A stretch of DNA of 64,000 bases from Podarcis liolepis (taxonomy: Eukaryota): NCBI GenBank assembly GCA_965112155.1, contig OZ218101.1. One strand, written 5' to 3'. The notes under the pieces were generated by a model. The model worked only from the letters and a program-made list of their open reading frames with translations. It was not told the origin of the DNA and did not search any database. Below are positions 62,481 through 64,000 of this stretch, piece after piece. A program made the position numbers and the translations under genes. Positions within the stretch are counted from its first letter, which is position 1. Each line of letters opens with the position of its first letter.

Positions 62481-63255
62481 AGTAAAAATTTGAATTATGG
62501 ATTTATGTAAAACAGAAAATGCAAAAATAAAATGTATTTTTTTTTTAAAAAAGGTAAGTTTTGGTCTCTGGTCAGAGAAATCTCTCTTTCCCCTCCTGCC
62601 TGCTGGGGGTGGGGGGAAGAAGAGAGAAAGGATGGGGTGTCTGAAAGAGAAACACCGCCAATATTTGCCTACAGGAGATACATGGTGCAATGTCACTGCA
62701 CTCAAGTGTTTTCTCATGTGCAGGCACACACAAGCAGTAGGTCACTATGATGTGGACCAATGGAAGGGAAACACTGACTCTGGTGATGTCACATCTTGCA
62801 TCGTTAACCAAACATCATCAGGGAAACACAGCAACACGTTCATCATAAGTTGTGGTTGCACTCAGCATGTAGCAACTGCAGAAATGTCTCCACTTTTCAT
62901 CGCAGAAATGCAGGGGGTTGTCAGCAAAGTAGATGGCAGAAGACTCACGCTGTGGAGCTTCCATTCCAGGTCTTAAGCTGGAGGTTAAGGCTATACCGTT
63001 CAAAGCTCTGAAGCCATGAGAAAGGGCTCTGTTTCTCCCACTCATCTCTTCACGCACCATCCTCTCCCATGCCGCCCACTGTGAGGCAGAACGAGAGTCC
63101 TGCTTGCTACAGCAGGCAAGAGAGTTATGGAAGAAGGGAACTGGTACGGCAGTGGGTCCCAGTGCCTTGGAATATTAAAAAGAACAGGCACCATCTCCAA
63201 GTTAGAAACTGGAAACCCAGAATGGGACCAGGGATAACAAAACACATCCATGGCA

Positions 63256-63761
63256 TGTTGTTGTTGTTTAGTTGTGTCCGACTCTTCGTGACCCCATGGA
63301 CCAGAGCACGCCAGGCACTCCTGTCTTCCACTGCCTCCCGCAGTTTGGTCAAACTCATGCTGGTAGCTTCGAGAACACTGTCCAACCATCTCGTCCTCTG
63401 TTGTCCCCTTCTCCTTGTGCCCTCCATCTTTCCCAACATCAGGGTCTTTTCCAGGGAGTCTTCTCTTCTCATGAGGTAGCCAAAGTATTGGAGCCTCAGC
63501 TTCAGGATCTGTCCTTCCAGTGAGCACTCAGGGCTGATTTCCTTCAGAATGGAGAGGTTTGATCCCCTTCATGGATCACTGCCTTGCTGGGGCAAAGGGG
63601 CTTGAATAACTCAGAGAAGCTATGAGCTATGCCGTGCAGGGCCACCCAAGATGGACAGGTCATAGTGGAGAGTTTTGACCAAACTTGATCCACCTGGAGC
63701 AGGAACCGGCAAGCCACTCCAGTATCCCTGCCAAGAAAACTCCATGGACAAAGGCAACAGG
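63256..63761 (-). mobile_element. RTE/BovB insertion with an inverted 5' segment
   Basis: Minus-strand BovB 3' end (DSLEKTLMLGKMEGTRRRGQQRTRWLD...WRALVHGVTKSRTQL) with a (CAA)n tail; plus-oriented BovB 5'-like segment at 63565-63761; perfect 11-bp TSD catccatggca. Confidence 0.9.
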
Positions 63762-64000
63762 CATCCATGGCACAGACTTCCCCTTATTCAGCCAGTGCCA
63801 CAATGAAACAGAGCAGTACAGAACCAGCAACACTTTCCCTTCACATTCATTTATTTGGTTGCAATAGAAGTATAGCTTCTAGAATAAAGTGGCAGCCACA
63901 ATGTGGGGTAAAGGGGTGAAGAAAACCAAGGCAGTGGTCCTTTCATACAATGAAGTTAAGAATAATTTAAGCAGTATTCTGCCAAATGCTACAGTCGCTT

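Noticed and set aside
1-64000. CRISPR arrays, operons or other prokaryote-type systems
   Set aside because: The window is intron-containing vertebrate DNA and shows no repeat-spacer arrays or gene-dense segments.

Overview
Vertebrate genomic DNA, most likely from a lacertid lizard (Sauria SINEs, CR1-tailed tRNA SINEs and BovB are all present). The window holds two convergent genes. The last five coding exons of ACP6 (lysophosphatidic acid phosphatase) lie on + at 272-4297. The complete coding region of BCL9 (Wnt/beta-catenin co-activator) lies on - in 7 coding exons from 22139 to 7149: 4245 nt, 1414 aa, all GT-AG and phase-consistent. BCL9 also has a 3' UTR with miRNA seed matches, a uORF-rich 5' leader, a likely 87-nt non-coding exon at 32408-32494 and a CpG-island promoter at about 40.9-43.0 kb. 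The last 21 kb are intergenic and rich in transposons: Sauria SINEs, CR1, L1, Penelope, BovB, Tc1/mariner and hAT MITEs, a solo LTR and a possible DIRS fossil. I found no prokaryote-type system. The best leads are the multi-frame uORF leader of BCL9, which may be a relic N-terminal extension; a BovB insertion with a 5' inversion; and two SINEs with different tRNA heads on the same CR1-like tail. Gene and repeat-family names come from motif recognition from memory, not from database searches.
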